A DNA stretch of 64,000 bases from contig JBGARK010000006.1 in assembly GCA_044230255.1 (NCBI GenBank), positions 13,033-77,032 of the forward strand, given 5' to 3'. This DNA is from Ferruginibacter sp. GTDB taxonomy: Bacteria > Bacteroidota > Bacteroidia > Chitinophagales > Chitinophagaceae. The notes under the pieces were generated by a model. The model was not told the origin of the DNA, searched no databases, and saw only the letters and a list, made by a program, of their open reading frames with translations. The position numbers and the translations under genes were made by a program. Below are positions 47,032-57,708 of this stretch, piece after piece. Position 1 is the first letter of the stretch, and each line of letters begins with the position of its first letter.

Positions 47032-49881
47032 CTACTTACTTAAGTGCATGCTTCTTTCTTTATACAACTGGCGGAAGTAGGGATCTCTTAAATCTTTTAT
47101 AAAGCGAATGGCTTCGCCGGTGCTTTTCATTTCGGGGCCAAGCTCTTTATTTACGCCGGGAAATTTATTGAAGGAAAAAACCGGCTCTTTAATGGCAAAT
47201 CCTTTGAGTTTTTTTGTAAACGTAAAATCTTTGAGTGTTGCCGCACCCAGCATTATCTTAGTGGCAATATTCAAATACGGTATTTGGTAAGCTTTGGCAA
47301 TAAACGGAGTGGTACGGCTGGCCCTGGGGTTGGCTTCAATCACATAAACCGTTCCATCTTTAATGGCAAATTGTATATTAATCAATCCGCAAATGTTTAA
47401 GGCCCTTGCAATTTTTTCTGCATACTCTTCCATGGTTTGAACAATTAAAGGAGAAAGGTTGAATTGCGGCAGAACGGCATTGCTATCGCCGCTGTGAATG
47501 CCGGCCGGTTCAATATGCTCCATTACGCCCATTACATGAAAGTTTTTCCCGTCAAAGATGGCGTCAATTTCTGCTTCCTGGCAACGGTCCAAAAAGTGAT
47601 CAATTAATATTTTATTCCCCGGTAAATGCTTCAGTAAACTCAGCACTCCTTTTTCCAGTTCTTCATCATTGAGTACAATACGCATTCTTTGTCCGCCCAA
47701 AACATAGCTGGGCCTTACCAGCACCGGGTAGCCTACCTGGTGCGCTATTTCGATGGCTTCATCCGTATTAAACGCCGTTCCATATTTAGGATAAGGGATG
47801 CCCAAATCTTTCAGCATATCACTAAAACGCCCACGGTCTTCGGCAATGTCCATATTATCAAAAGAGGTTCCGATGATTTTGATGCCCCGTTCGTTTAAAA
47901 TTTTAGCCAGCTTTAACGCCGTTTGTCCGCCGAGTTGAACAATTACGCCTTCGGGTTTTTCGTGCTCTATGATTTCAAGAATATGTTCTAAAAAAACAGG
48001 TTCAAAATAAAGTTTATCGGCAATATCAAAATCGGTACTTACGGTTTCCGGGTTGCAATTCACCATTATGGCTTCATAGCCGCATTCTTTTACAGCCAGC
48101 AAACCATGTACACAGCAATAATCAAATTCTATACCCTGGCCAATGCGGTTGGGTCCGCTGCCCAATACCAGAATTTTTTTCTTACCGGAGTTAACGGATT
48201 CATTGGACGTTAAAAAATTTTGAAGGGGTTTGGATAAACCGTTTTCAAAGGTTGAATAAAAGTAGGGGGTTTGGGCTTCAAACTCGGCGCTACAGGTATC
48301 CACCATTTTAAATACCCGGGTGAGCCCGCTGGCTTTTCGGCGCTCATACAATTGCAGGGCATTTTCTTCCTTCATGATACGCATAATTTGCTCATCACTA
48401 AAACCCAGTTTTTTGGCTTTTACTAAAACTTCATCCGGCAGTGTTTTAAAATTGTATTTTTCTATTTCTCTTTCGCAATCACATATTTCCTGTATTTGGT
48501 AAATAAACCAGCGGTCTATTAAAGTGCTTTCGCAAATCCGTTTTACACTGGCCCCGGCCATGAGTGCATCTTTTATGCGAAAAATCCGGTCCCATTTTGG
48601 AGTTTTTATATAATCAATCAGCTCTTCGTTGTGCATTAAACTTTTACCATAGTAGCCCAGGCCCACGGCTTCGTTTTCCAGGCTCTGACAAGCTTTTTGC
48701 ATGGCTTCGGCAAAGCTTCGGCCAATACCCATTACTTCCCCCACACTTTTCATTTGCAGGCCAAGGGTATCATTTGCCCCTTTAAACTTATCAAAATTCC
48801 ACCGGGGGATTTTTACAATTACATAATCCAGCGCCGGTTCAAAATAGGCTGAAGTGAACCGGGTGATTTGATTTTTTAATTCATCAAGGGTATATCCAAT
48901 TGCCAGCTTTGCAGCAATTTTTGCAATGGGGTAACCGGTGGCTTTGCTTGCCAGCGCCGAAGATCTGCTCACACGAGGATTAATTTCGATAGCAATAATT
49001 TCTTCGGTTTGAGGGTTGAGTGCAAATTGCACATTACAGCCCCCGGCAAAATTGCCCAGGTTACGCATCATGGCAATGGCAGTATTTCTCATGAGCTGAA
49101 AGGCCGTATCACTCAGCGTCATTGCAGGCGCCACGGTTATACTGTCGCCGGTATGCACGCCCATGGGATCAAAGTTTTCCACAGTGCAAATGATGCATAC
49201 ATTATTTGCCGCATCTCTCAGCAGTTCCAGTTCAAATTCTTTCCAGCCCAGTACTGCCTGCTCTACCAGCACTTCATGAATGGGCGAAGCCGAAAGGCCC
49301 GTATTTAGCGCTTCATCAAGCTCTTCTTTATCTTTTACAAAACCGCCGCCGGTACCGCCAAGGGTAAACGAAGGTCTTATCACTAAGGGGAAACCAATTT
49401 CCTGCGCAAATTCTTTTCCTTCTAAAAACGAGTTGGCCGTTCTTGCCTTAGCCACAGGAATGCCCATCTCCAGCATCCATTGCCTGAATTTTTCCCGGTC
49501 TTCGGCCTTATCAATGGCTTTAATATCTACCCCAATAAGTTTTACATTGTAGCGTTCCCACACCCCCAACTCATCGGCTTCCTTGCATAGGTTAAGAGCC
49601 GTTTGGCCACCCATGGTAGGCAATACGGCATCAATTGTATTTTCTTCAAGAATTTGTTCAATGCTTTCTACGGTTAAGGGCAATAAATAAACTTTATCCG
49701 CCATCATAGGATCGGTCATTATGGTAGCAGGATTGCTATTGATGAGTACCACTTTAATCCCTTCTTCTCTAAGGCTTCTTGCAGCCTGCGAACCGCTGTA
49801 ATCAAATTCACAAGCCTGGCCAATGATGATAGGGCCACTGCCGATAATTAAAACCGATTGTATGGAGTTGTTTTTGGGCAT
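47032..49881 (-). CDS. carB: carbamoyl-phosphate synthase large subunit
   Basis: Duplicated ATP-grasp halves and an N-terminal '[24 protein letters not shown]'. 949 aa. Confidence 0.95.
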   Translation of the reverse strand: MPKNNSIQSVLIIGSGPIIIGQACEFDYSGSQAARSLREEGIKVVLINSNPATIMTDPMMADKVYLLPLTVESIEQILEENTIDAVLPTMGGQTALNLCKEADELGVWERYNVKLIGVDIKAIDKAEDREKFRQWMLEMGIPVAKARTANSFLEGKEFAQEIGFPLVIRPSFTLGGTGGGFVKDKEELDEALNTGLSASPIHEVLVEQAVLGWKEFELELLRDAANNVCIICTVENFDPMGVHTGDSITVAPAMTLSDTAFQLMRNTAIAMMRNLGNFAGGCNVQFALNPQTEEIIAIEINPRVSRSSALASKATGYPIAKIAAKLAIGYTLDELKNQITRFTSAYFEPALDYVIVKIPRWNFDKFKGANDTLGLQMKSVGEVMGIGRSFAEAMQKACQSLENEAVGLGYYGKSLMHNEELIDYIKTPKWDRIFRIKDALMAGASVKRICESTLIDRWFIYQIQEICDCEREIEKYNFKTLPDEVLVKAKKLGFSDEQIMRIMKEENALQLYERRKASGLTRVFKMVDTCSAEFEAQTPYFYSTFENGLSKPLQNFLTSNESVNSGKKKILVLGSGPNRIGQGIEFDYCCVHGLLAVKECGYEAIMVNCNPETVSTDFDIADKLYFEPVFLEHILEIIEHEKPEGVIVQLGGQTALKLAKILNERGIKIIGTSFDNMDIAEDRGRFSDMLKDLGIPYPKYGTAFNTDEAIEIAHQVGYPVLVRPSYVLGGQRMRIVLNDEELEKGVLSLLKHLPGNKILIDHFLDRCQEAEIDAIFDGKNFHVMGVMEHIEPAGIHSGDSNAVLPQFNLSPLIVQTMEEYAEKIARALNICGLINIQFAIKDGTVYVIEANPRASRTTPFIAKAYQIPYLNIATKIMLGAATLKDFTFTKKLKGFAIKEPVFSFNKFPGVNKELGPEMKSTGEAIRFIKDLRDPYFRQLYKERSMHLSK

Positions 49882-50058
49882 TGAAATACGCCTTTTGTGG
49901 CGTGCAAAGGTAAATTGTTTGACGCATAGTTTAATGCAAAAATTGTTGCTATAAATTACGTTAAATTAATATCGTATTCCTGTAAAAGTTGAAAATTTAT
50001 CGGTGATTTAAATGTAGTTTTGCAGTAATTTTTTTTAATCCATTGAATAAACATTGGC

Positions 50059-51780
50059 ATGCGGTTTTTTTTTCCAAAATTCCTCCTTCTTATTTTTATT
50101 AATGTACCTATTGGGGTGCATGCACAGTTTTTTTCCCAACCTTCCTATCCGCAGGATTTTTTTCAATGGCCGGTGGGCGCTATCAAAGCCATTGTGGCCA
50201 ATTTTGGGGAACTACGCCCCAACCACTATCATATGGGCATTGATTGCCGTACCGAGCAGGTGGTGAATAAACCCATTTATGCGGCTGCCGATGGCTATAT
50301 TGCCAAAATAAAAATAGAACCTTTTGGCTTTGGCCGTGCCATTTATATCAATCATCCCGGGGGCTATACCACGCTCTATGCACACCTGAATGATTTTTAC
50401 GAGCCTTTGGAAAAATATGTTACACAAAAGCAATATGAACTTAAAAGCTGGGCGGTTTTTTTAGACCTTCCGCAAAATCTTTTTTCTGTAAAAAAAGGCC
50501 AGCAAATAGCCTGGAGCGGAAATACCGGTGGCTCACAAGGGCCCCATTTACATTTTGAAATACGGGAAACCGCCACGGATAAAGTGCTCAATCCACTATT
50601 ATTCAATTTGCCGATTACCGATAAGATAGCCCCCGACATTATAAGGCTGGCCGTTTATGACCGCACCAAAAGCACTTATGAGCAAAGCCCAAAATACATT
50701 TCGTTAAAAAAATCAGGAAACACATACGGCATTCCTTCCGGTGATTTAATCACAGCTTCAGCAAAAACCAGTTTTGCCATTACGGCTTTTGATCGCTACA
50801 CCGGCTCCACCAACCACAATGGAATTTACCAGGCCGTAATGCGTGTTAATAATACACCCGTAAGCGGGTTTCAATTAAACCATATCAGCTACGATGAAAC
50901 CCGTTACTTAAATGCACATATTGATTATAAAACAAAAATAAATGGGGGGCCTTACCTGCAACACCTTAGCCGGTTACCCGGCAACCCTTCGCTCCATTAT
51001 AAAACCGATGCCAGCAATGGCGTAGTATTTTTGGAACCCGGCCAAAGCAAAAACATTAGCATTGAAGTGTGGGATGCCAATAACAATTCCTCTACACTAA
51101 GTTTTAGCCTTACCCGAAGCATTACCCCATCTGCAGCACAGGCAACAGAAACCGGTATTTTATTTAAACCCAATGAAATTAATATTTTTGAAAACGAAGC
51201 CGTTAAATTTTACCTGCCGGAAAATGCTCTGTATGATTCTTTCTATTTTAAATTCAGCAAAATAACCCCATCGGTAGGCAAACCCATTTACCGGCTACAC
51301 AATCACAATGTGCCGGTGCAAACGCCCTTTACCGTAAAAATAAAAGACGGCCTTGTATTTTTACCAACAGATAAAATGATTATGAAAAGGTTTTGGGGCG
51401 ATAAAGAAGAATATAAAAAAGCAACGCCGGCAACAGAAGAAGCAGAACAAGGATGGTACAAAGCAGATTTTAAACAACTGGGCAATTTTCAGTTGATCGC
51501 CGATAACGAGCCACCTGAAATTACGCCGATTGGTTTTAAAGACGGTGTGAATACGGCACGGCTTAATCGTATCCTATTTCGAGTGAAGGATAACACCGAA
51601 GAAATAGCATCCTTTACGGCTACGCTTGACGGGAAATGGCTCAGGTTCACCAATGATAAAGCAAAACTTTTCATTTATACTTTTGATGCCCATTGCCCAC
51701 CGGGAGAACATGAACTGGTAATAATTGCAGAAGACCTTGCCGGTAATAAAACCGAGAAAACCTATCATTTTACACGATAA
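50059..51780 (+). CDS. M23-family metallopeptidase, secreted, with large C-terminal extension
   Basis: 'HYHMGIDCR' (HxxxD) and 'GPHLHFEIR' (HxH) are the LytM-type zinc ligands. Confidence 0.8.
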   Translation: MRFFFPKFLLLIFINVPIGVHAQFFSQPSYPQDFFQWPVGAIKAIVANFGELRPNHYHMGIDCRTEQVVNKPIYAAADGYIAKIKIEPFGFGRAIYINHPGGYTTLYAHLNDFYEPLEKYVTQKQYELKSWAVFLDLPQNLFSVKKGQQIAWSGNTGGSQGPHLHFEIRETATDKVLNPLLFNLPITDKIAPDIIRLAVYDRTKSTYEQSPKYISLKKSGNTYGIPSGDLITASAKTSFAITAFDRYTGSTNHNGIYQAVMRVNNTPVSGFQLNHISYDETRYLNAHIDYKTKINGGPYLQHLSRLPGNPSLHYKTDASNGVVFLEPGQSKNISIEVWDANNNSSTLSFSLTRSITPSAAQATETGILFKPNEINIFENEAVKFYLPENALYDSFYFKFSKITPSVGKPIYRLHNHNVPVQTPFTVKIKDGLVFLPTDKMIMKRFWGDKEEYKKATPATEEAEQGWYKADFKQLGNFQLIADNEPPEITPIGFKDGVNTARLNRILFRVKDNTEEIASFTATLDGKWLRFTNDKAKLFIYTFDAHCPPGEHELVIIAEDLAGNKTEKTYHFTR

Positions 51781-51782
51781 TT

Positions 51783-52259
51783 ATGGCTACACATTTAACC
51801 GTAGGAATAAAAGCCCCATCATTTAAAGGCAAAGACCAAAATGGAAAACCGGTAAGCCTTGCTGATTATAAAAATAAAAAACTGCTGTTGTTTTTTTATC
51901 CCGAAGATGATACACCAACCTGCACCATAGAAGCCTGCAACCTGAGTGATAACTATGCCTTATTGAAAAAAAACGGGTTTGAAGTGGTAGGCATTAGCCC
52001 CGATGATGAAATAAGCCATAAAAAATTTGAAACCAAATTTAACCTTCCCTTTACCTTAATTGCCGACCCTGCACATAAAATCATTAACCAATATGGTGTG
52101 TGGGGCCCCAAGCAATTATACGGCCGTAAATACGATGGCCTGCACCGCACCAGCTTTTTGATTGATGAGCAAGGAACTATTCGCCACATTTTTTTAAAAC
52201 CCAGGAATAAAGAACATGCCGGGGAGATTATTAAAAAGTGGAATGAAATCAACAAATGA
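51783..52259 (+). CDS. bcp: thioredoxin-dependent peroxiredoxin Bcp
   Basis: 'FFYPEDDTPTCTIEAC' is the peroxidatic Cys motif. 158 aa. Confidence 0.9.
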   Translation: MATHLTVGIKAPSFKGKDQNGKPVSLADYKNKKLLLFFYPEDDTPTCTIEACNLSDNYALLKKNGFEVVGISPDDEISHKKFETKFNLPFTLIADPAHKIINQYGVWGPKQLYGRKYDGLHRTSFLIDEQGTIRHIFLKPRNKEHAGEIIKKWNEINK

Positions 52260-52265
52260 TAAGGG

Positions 52266-52574
52266 TTGGAACAAAAAGCACCATACCGCATTGTTACATC
52301 TTCATTTTTAGCAAAACTTGCAGCTTTAAAACTCCATAGCAACCGGGTGGCCATAGTGTTGGGTAAAACCATTTACCTCTACAATACCAGCAAAGAAGAA
52401 TTTTTAAATGATGCTAAGTGGCTGAAGCACGAACTATGTCATATTGCACAGTTTAAGCAATATGGGTTTTTTACATTTATCATCAAATATCTTTGGGAAA
52501 GCCTTTGGCATGGCTACTATAATAACAAATATGAGGTAGAAGCAAGAAAAGCCGAAGAAGAAACCCTTTGCTAA
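52266..52574 (+). CDS. small DUF4157-like protein with HExxH motif
   Basis: 'VLGKTIYLYNTSKEEFLNDAKWLKHELCHIAQ' has the layout I associate with DUF4157 domains. It has a TTG start and is 102 aa. Confidence 0.5.
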   Translation: MEQKAPYRIVTSSFLAKLAALKLHSNRVAIVLGKTIYLYNTSKEEFLNDAKWLKHELCHIAQFKQYGFFTFIIKYLWESLWHGYYNNKYEVEARKAEEETLC

Positions 52575-53347
52575 ATACCGGGCCTTTGCGCCGTATCCAG
52601 GGCCGGTTTTAAAATCCATTCCACTTCACCATAATTAAATTCCTGCAAAATAGTTCCGGTTTGAGCAAGCAAAGCGCCCTGCGGCGATACCCCGGTAATT
52701 TTAGCTTCAAAAACCACATTGCCTTTTTTTAATTTCACCCACTCCTCCTTACGAAACAAAAGTTTATTATAATTTTTAAGCAATTGGTCAAAATTCTCAT
52801 TTGCCAAAGCATCAATTTTATGCATTAATAAAACATACAACTGCTTTGCCAGTTCAAGGGCATCGAAGTTTTTCCCTGTAATTTGACGAAGGCTAACGGC
52901 ATTGGGTAGGGTAGGGTCAAATTTTGCCTGGTTTAGGTTAATGCCAATGCCAATAATGCTATATTTCCATTCGGTTCCTTTTACAATATTCTCTATTAAA
53001 ATGCCACCTGCCTTTCTGTCATTTATATATAAGTCATTCGGCCATTTAATGGCCGTTTTGGGAATAAGAATTTTGCTTAAAAAATCGGCACAAGTGAGTG
53101 CTGTTGCCGCCGATAAAAAGAATTGCTCATGTAAACCCAGCATACCGGGTGATATAATGATGCTTAAAGCAATACTTTCATCCTTTTGAGCCAGCCAGGT
53201 TCGGCCATGCTGGCCTTTGCCTGCGGTTTGTTGCCGGGCAAAAAAGGCCATACCATGCTTCGCCATTCCTTCATGAATCTGTACCATGGCATAGTTGTTG
53301 GTACTGTCCACAGTATCTAAAATGCGAAATAAATCAAAAGCTTGCAT
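52571..53347 (-). CDS. birA: biotin--[acetyl-CoA-carboxylase] ligase (no HTH domain)
   Basis: 'QTAGKGQHGRTW' is the biotin/ATP-binding loop and 'KWPNDLY' is present. 258 aa. Confidence 0.85.
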   Translation of the reverse strand: MQAFDLFRILDTVDSTNNYAMVQIHEGMAKHGMAFFARQQTAGKGQHGRTWLAQKDESIALSIIISPGMLGLHEQFFLSAATALTCADFLSKILIPKTAIKWPNDLYINDRKAGGILIENIVKGTEWKYSIIGIGINLNQAKFDPTLPNAVSLRQITGKNFDALELAKQLYVLLMHKIDALANENFDQLLKNYNKLLFRKEEWVKLKKGNVVFEAKITGVSPQGALLAQTGTILQEFNYGEVEWILKPALDTAQRPGI

Positions 53348-53455
53348 TTGGGATATTTCAGGTAAAAAAGAAATAGTAATTTTGGCGCAAACCGCAAGCT
53401 ACTTATTTTTAAAGGTTTTGCAGTTATATTAATTTTAAAATTAAATGAATAGCAT

Positions 53456-53854
53456 TTGAACAATCTCACCGTATTACAAAGCCGTAAAAAAAGTGTCACA
53501 CGGCTGAACAGGAACAGCAAACTTTTCAAAACAATCCTTAACGCAATAAAAGATAAAAAAGCTGAAAATATCATTAGCCTGGATTTAAGAAAGATACCGG
53601 AAGCGGTAGCCGATTTTTTTGTAATATGTGAAGCCAGCAATGCGCCCCAACTTAAAGCCATTGCAGATAATGTGGAGGCCGAAGCAAAAAAGCACTGTAA
53701 TGAATTTGCCTTTAAGCATGAAGGAAGAAAAGCCCAGCAATGGATTTTAATAGATTATATCAATATCGTAGTGCATGTAATGCTGCCCGAACCCAGGAGG
53801 TTTTACCAACTTGAAGAAATGTGGAGCGATGCACCCATGATGCAGCATGATTAA
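53456..53854 (+). CDS. rsfS: ribosome silencing factor
   Basis: 'KKAENIISLDLRKIPEAVADFFVICEA', 'WILIDYINIVVHVM' and 'FYQLEEMW'. There is no in-frame ATG before the conserved core, so a non-ATG (TTG) start is likely. Confidence 0.85.
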   Translation: MNNLTVLQSRKKSVTRLNRNSKLFKTILNAIKDKKAENIISLDLRKIPEAVADFFVICEASNAPQLKAIADNVEAEAKKHCNEFAFKHEGRKAQQWILIDYINIVVHVMLPEPRRFYQLEEMWSDAPMMQHD

Positions 53855-53891
53855 TCTTTAATAACCAACCACCCTTTGAAAGCCAATTTTA

Positions 53892-56000
53892 ATGTCAACA
53901 GAAAAAGAGCAGCAGCAAAATAATAAACAAAAAATGTTACCTGAAAAACAATCAGCACCCGGCGGAGATGACGCCCAGAACAAAAAACCAAAATTCAATA
54001 TTTACTGGATTTACGGCATTATTTTCCTTACGGTAATCACTTACAGCCTTATGCGCAATGTAAACAGCGCCGGGGTAGAAACCTACCAGCAGAATTTTTT
54101 TGATATGGCCAGGCAGGGCGACGTAGAGAAATATACGGTTATTCGCAACAAAAATATTGTAAGGGTTTCTTTAATAAAAGATAGCCTTATTAAAAAAGCA
54201 GCCTGGTATGCTAAAATATTGAATACACCCGATGAACCCAAAAAATATGATATGGCTGTAAAAATTGAGCAGCCTCAATTGTATTTTAGTATTATAGATG
54301 CCAAAACATTTGCTACTGAGATTTTAGACTTTAATAAAACAAACCCTGGTTTAAAACCCATCATTCAAGATGCAAAAGACGAAGGAGAAATATTAGGCCA
54401 GTTGGTAGGTACACTCCTGCCCTTTTTACTAATTGGATTATTGTTTTTAATTACAATGAGGAAACTGGGCTCCGGCGGTAGCGGTGGGCCCGGGGGCATT
54501 TTTAATATTGGCAAATCAAAAGCCACATTATTTGATAAAGGCACAAGGGTAAATATAAATTTTAGCGATGTTGCCGGCCTCGATGAAGCCAAAGTGGAAG
54601 TAATGGAAATTGTGGACTTTTTAAAAAATCCCAAAAAATACACAGCGCTTGGAGGTAAAATCCCCAAAGGCGCATTGTTGGTTGGCCCTCCGGGAACCGG
54701 TAAAACCCTATTGGCCAAAGCCGTAGCCGGCGAAGCACAAGTGCCTTTCTTTAGCCTAAGCGGTAGCGACTTTGTAGAAATGTTTGTAGGTGTTGGCGCC
54801 AGCCGTGTAAGAGACCTCTTTAAACAGGCAAGAGAAAAAGCGCCCTGTATTATTTTTATTGATGAAATAGATGCTATTGGCCGGGCCCGGGGAAAAAATG
54901 TGATGATGAGCAACGACGAAAGAGAAAATACCCTCAACCAATTGCTGGTAGAAATGGATGGCTTCGGCACCGACCTTGGCATAATAATCCTGGCCGCTAC
55001 CAATCGCCCCGATGTACTCGATAGTGCATTGCTGCGCCCCGGCCGGTTCGACAGGCAAATAACCATTGACCGCCCCGACCTGGTTGGAAGAGAAGCCATT
55101 TTTAAAGTACACCTTGCACCTATTAAAGTTTCCCAAACGCTGGATATTCATAAACTGGCCGAACAAACACCCGGCTTTGCCGGTGCAGATATTGCCAATG
55201 TATGTAACGAGGCCGCATTAATTGCCGCAAGAAAAAATAAGGAAGCCGTGGACATGAGCGACTTCCAGGATGCTATTGACCGGGTTATTGGCGGGTTGGA
55301 AAAAAAGAACAAACTCATCTCACCCGAAGAAAAAGAAATTATTGCCTACCATGAAGCAGGCCACGCCATTTGCGGATGGTTTTTAGAACATGCCTACCCA
55401 TTATTAAAAGTAACCATCGTACCAAGGGGTACGGCTGCCTTAGGCTATGCCCAATACACACCCAAGGAACAATATCTTTATAATACTGATCAATTATTAG
55501 ATCAAATATGTATGACGCTGGGCGGAAGGGCAAGTGAAGAAATTTTCTTTGGTAAAATAAGCACAGGCGCCAGCAATGATTTACAGCAAATCACCAAAAT
55601 TGCGTACAGTATGGTAACCACTTATGGCATGAATGATAAAGTGGGTAACATCAGCTTTTACGATCCGCAACAGGAAAACTATTTTACCAAACCTTACAGT
55701 GAAGAAACCGGTAAAATGATTGACGAAGAAGTGAGGAAACTTATTGATGGCGCTTACGAAAAAACCAAGGCTTTACTTACAGAAAAAAAATGGGCTGTAG
55801 AAAAACTAGCCAAAGAATTGCTGGTAAAAGAAGTGTTATTTAAAAGCGATGTGGAAACCCTAATAGGCAAGCGTCCATTTGAAGAAAAAAAGCTACTCAC
55901 CAATGATGATGAATCAACTGTAGCTCCCCAGGATTTAGCAGCGCCGGAAGCGCCACCACAAACCATACCGGAAGAATTGAATAACCCACCGGCTATTTAA
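53892..56000 (+). CDS. ftsH: ATP-dependent zinc metalloprotease FtsH
   Basis: Walker A '[17 protein letters not shown]', SRH '[20 protein letters not shown]', protease 'HEAGHA'. Confidence 0.95.
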   Translation: MSTEKEQQQNNKQKMLPEKQSAPGGDDAQNKKPKFNIYWIYGIIFLTVITYSLMRNVNSAGVETYQQNFFDMARQGDVEKYTVIRNKNIVRVSLIKDSLIKKAAWYAKILNTPDEPKKYDMAVKIEQPQLYFSIIDAKTFATEILDFNKTNPGLKPIIQDAKDEGEILGQLVGTLLPFLLIGLLFLITMRKLGSGGSGGPGGIFNIGKSKATLFDKGTRVNINFSDVAGLDEAKVEVMEIVDFLKNPKKYTALGGKIPKGALLVGPPGTGKTLLAKAVAGEAQVPFFSLSGSDFVEMFVGVGASRVRDLFKQAREKAPCIIFIDEIDAIGRARGKNVMMSNDERENTLNQLLVEMDGFGTDLGIIILAATNRPDVLDSALLRPGRFDRQITIDRPDLVGREAIFKVHLAPIKVSQTLDIHKLAEQTPGFAGADIANVCNEAALIAARKNKEAVDMSDFQDAIDRVIGGLEKKNKLISPEEKEIIAYHEAGHAICGWFLEHAYPLLKVTIVPRGTAALGYAQYTPKEQYLYNTDQLLDQICMTLGGRASEEIFFGKISTGASNDLQQITKIAYSMVTTYGMNDKVGNISFYDPQQENYFTKPYSEETGKMIDEEVRKLIDGAYEKTKALLTEKKWAVEKLAKELLVKEVLFKSDVETLIGKRPFEEKKLLTNDDESTVAPQDLAAPEAPPQTIPEELNNPPAI

Positions 56001-56010
56001 ACCTTTTGAA

Positions 56011-56631
56011 ATGTCTGCAAGGGAAAATATTTTACAAAAAATTAAACAGGCGCTGGAAAACCCGGTGCCTGTTCCTTATGATATTTCTGACGACACTTCA
56101 AACTTATATCCTCGTAATTTAGAAGATGATGCCGTACTTTTTGCACAGGAGTTTACCAAGCTCCAGGGCAAGTTTGCCTATTGCAGCAATGAAGATGATT
56201 TATGCCAGCAACTCATCACCCTTTTTGCAGAGCAAGGCTTTACAAAAATTTATTGCAGCGATGAAAAGCTAAAGCCTTTTTTATTACATGCAGGCATTAC
56301 GCCTTATCATAACCTGGCCGATTGCGACTGCTCCATCACCGGTTGCGAATACCTTGTGGCCCGAACCGGGAGCATGGTATTGAGCGCAAAACAAACCGAT
56401 GGCCGCACAGCAAGTGTTTACGCACCCGTGCATATTTGCATTGCCTATAACCATCAATTGGTATTTGATATTGAAGATGCTTTAGTGTTTTTAAAAGAAA
56501 AATACAAAAACAACCTTCCATCGTTTATCAGTTTTGCCACAGGCCCAAGCCGCACAGCCGATATTGAAAAAACGCTGGTAACCGGCGTTCATGGCCCAAA
56601 AGAAGCTTACTGTTTTTTGGTGGAAGAATAA
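56011..56631 (+). CDS. LUD-domain protein (LutC/YkgG-like)
   Basis: 206 aa with the general LutC-like layout ('ITGCEYLVARTGSMVL', 'SRTADIEKTLVTGVHGP'). Confidence 0.6.
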   Translation: MSARENILQKIKQALENPVPVPYDISDDTSNLYPRNLEDDAVLFAQEFTKLQGKFAYCSNEDDLCQQLITLFAEQGFTKIYCSDEKLKPFLLHAGITPYHNLADCDCSITGCEYLVARTGSMVLSAKQTDGRTASVYAPVHICIAYNHQLVFDIEDALVFLKEKYKNNLPSFISFATGPSRTADIEKTLVTGVHGPKEAYCFLVEE

Positions 56632-56692
56632 CATAGCTTTTAAATTAGCTAAATTAAAGTACTATATTTGTTTTTAGATTTTGTTCATAATT

Positions 56693-56923
56693 ATGAATAC
56701 ATCAAAAACATACAGGATTGTTTTGAGAAAAGAAGCAGAAGGGGCTTATACGGCTATGGTGCCTGCATTGCCCGGATGCATTACCTGGGGTGAAAATATT
56801 GACCATGCATTGGCAATGGCAAAAGAAGCCATTGAAGGGTATATTGAAGTATTAAAGGAAGAAGGGGAATCCGTACCGGATGATAATGATACTTTAGAAT
56901 ACTCCCTTCAATTAACTACTTAA
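56693..56923 (+). CDS. hicB: HicB-family antitoxin (short form, no DNA-binding domain)
   Basis: 'YTAMVPALPGCITWGENIDHALAMAKEAIEGYIEVLKEEGESVP' is the typical HicB N-domain. 76 aa from the ATG at 56693. Confidence 0.75.
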   Translation: MNTSKTYRIVLRKEAEGAYTAMVPALPGCITWGENIDHALAMAKEAIEGYIEVLKEEGESVPDDNDTLEYSLQLTT

Positions 56924-56933
56924 TATTTGCAAA

Positions 56934-56969
56934 AACACTTTTTTGTTCCAATTGGAACCAAAAAGTGTT
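56934..56969. promoter_or_regulatory. 36-nt near-perfect palindrome between hicB and hicA
   Basis: aacacttttttgttccaa|ttggaaccaaaaagtgtt has 17 of 18 arm positions complementary. Confidence 0.8.
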
Positions 56970-57011
56970 GAAAGCCATTCGAAACAAAACATTTCCTTCT
57001 ATTTTTGCCAA

Positions 57012-57215
57012 ATGAACACTTCTCCACTTCATTTAATAAGAATACTGGAAGCAAAAGGCTTTTTATTGAAAAGAGTTCGGGGCAGCCATCAAATTTATTT
57101 TCATCCAGAATCTAAAAAGACGGTTGTAATACCGATTCATGGAAATAAAGATATACCTACGGGCACTTTTTTAAGTATCATCAAACAGGCCGGCATTAAT
57201 AAAAACGAAATTTAA
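57012..57215 (+). CDS. hicA: HicA-family mRNA interferase toxin
   Basis: 'LIRILEAKGFLLKRVRGSHQIYFHP...VIPIHGNKDIPTGTFLSIIKQAGI' fits the HicA/YcfA fold. I prefer the internal ATG at 57012 (67 aa). Confidence 0.75.
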   Translation: MNTSPLHLIRILEAKGFLLKRVRGSHQIYFHPESKKTVVIPIHGNKDIPTGTFLSIIKQAGINKNEI

Positions 57216-57220
57216 TTCTC

Positions 57221-57649
57221 ATGCAATCACCTTCCTACCAACTTTTTGTTTACGGCTCGTTAAGGAGCGGTTTTAGAAACCCGGCTTACGATTACCTCAC
57301 CCAATACTTTCACCTGGTAGGAGAAGCCCTGGTAAGGGGAAGGCTATATGATAATGGCGCATATCCCGTAGCTGTAAATACCAGCGCCGACGAATTTATC
57401 ACCGGTGAGCTTTATGTAATTAATAATAAAGATGAATTTTCATGGGTGTTAGGCCAGTTAGACGACTACGAAGGGCTGAATACCGAAGCAAACGAAACCC
57501 CCTTGTACCGCAGGGAACTTACTGAAGTTTTTATTAACGGGCAGGGCTCTATGGCCTGGGTATATTGGTACAACAAAAGCATCCAAGGCATGAAGCACAT
57601 CCCCATTGGCGATGTATTAAAATACCTGCAGCAAAAAAACAAACCCTAA
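57221..57649 (+). CDS. gamma-glutamylcyclotransferase (AIG2/GGACT-like) family protein
   Basis: N-terminal 'LFVYGSLRSGF' and an internal 'GELY' motif. 142 aa. Confidence 0.65.
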   Translation: MQSPSYQLFVYGSLRSGFRNPAYDYLTQYFHLVGEALVRGRLYDNGAYPVAVNTSADEFITGELYVINNKDEFSWVLGQLDDYEGLNTEANETPLYRRELTEVFINGQGSMAWVYWYNKSIQGMKHIPIGDVLKYLQQKNKP

Positions 57650-57708
57650 AAGCAAATTTTTCAGTTGCTGCAAATTTTCATCGGTAAATTGGCTCAGCGT
57701 ATTTACTT

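Noticed and set aside
51953-52372. 139-aa minus-strand ORF spanning the bcp/DUF4157 junction
   Set aside because: It is antisense to the clearly recognisable peroxiredoxin and has no motifs.
54365-55166. Long antisense ORFs (244 aa and 136 aa) inside ftsH
   Set aside because: They lie entirely within a gene that is recognisably FtsH throughout. Their translations are low-complexity (Ser/Pro/Arg-rich) shadow frames with no motifs.
56943-57011. N-terminal extension of hicA (MFQLEPKSVESHSKQNISFYFCQ)
   Set aside because: It starts at a TTG inside the palindrome. HicA-family proteins are about 60-70 aa, and the ATG at 57012 gives the canonical length.
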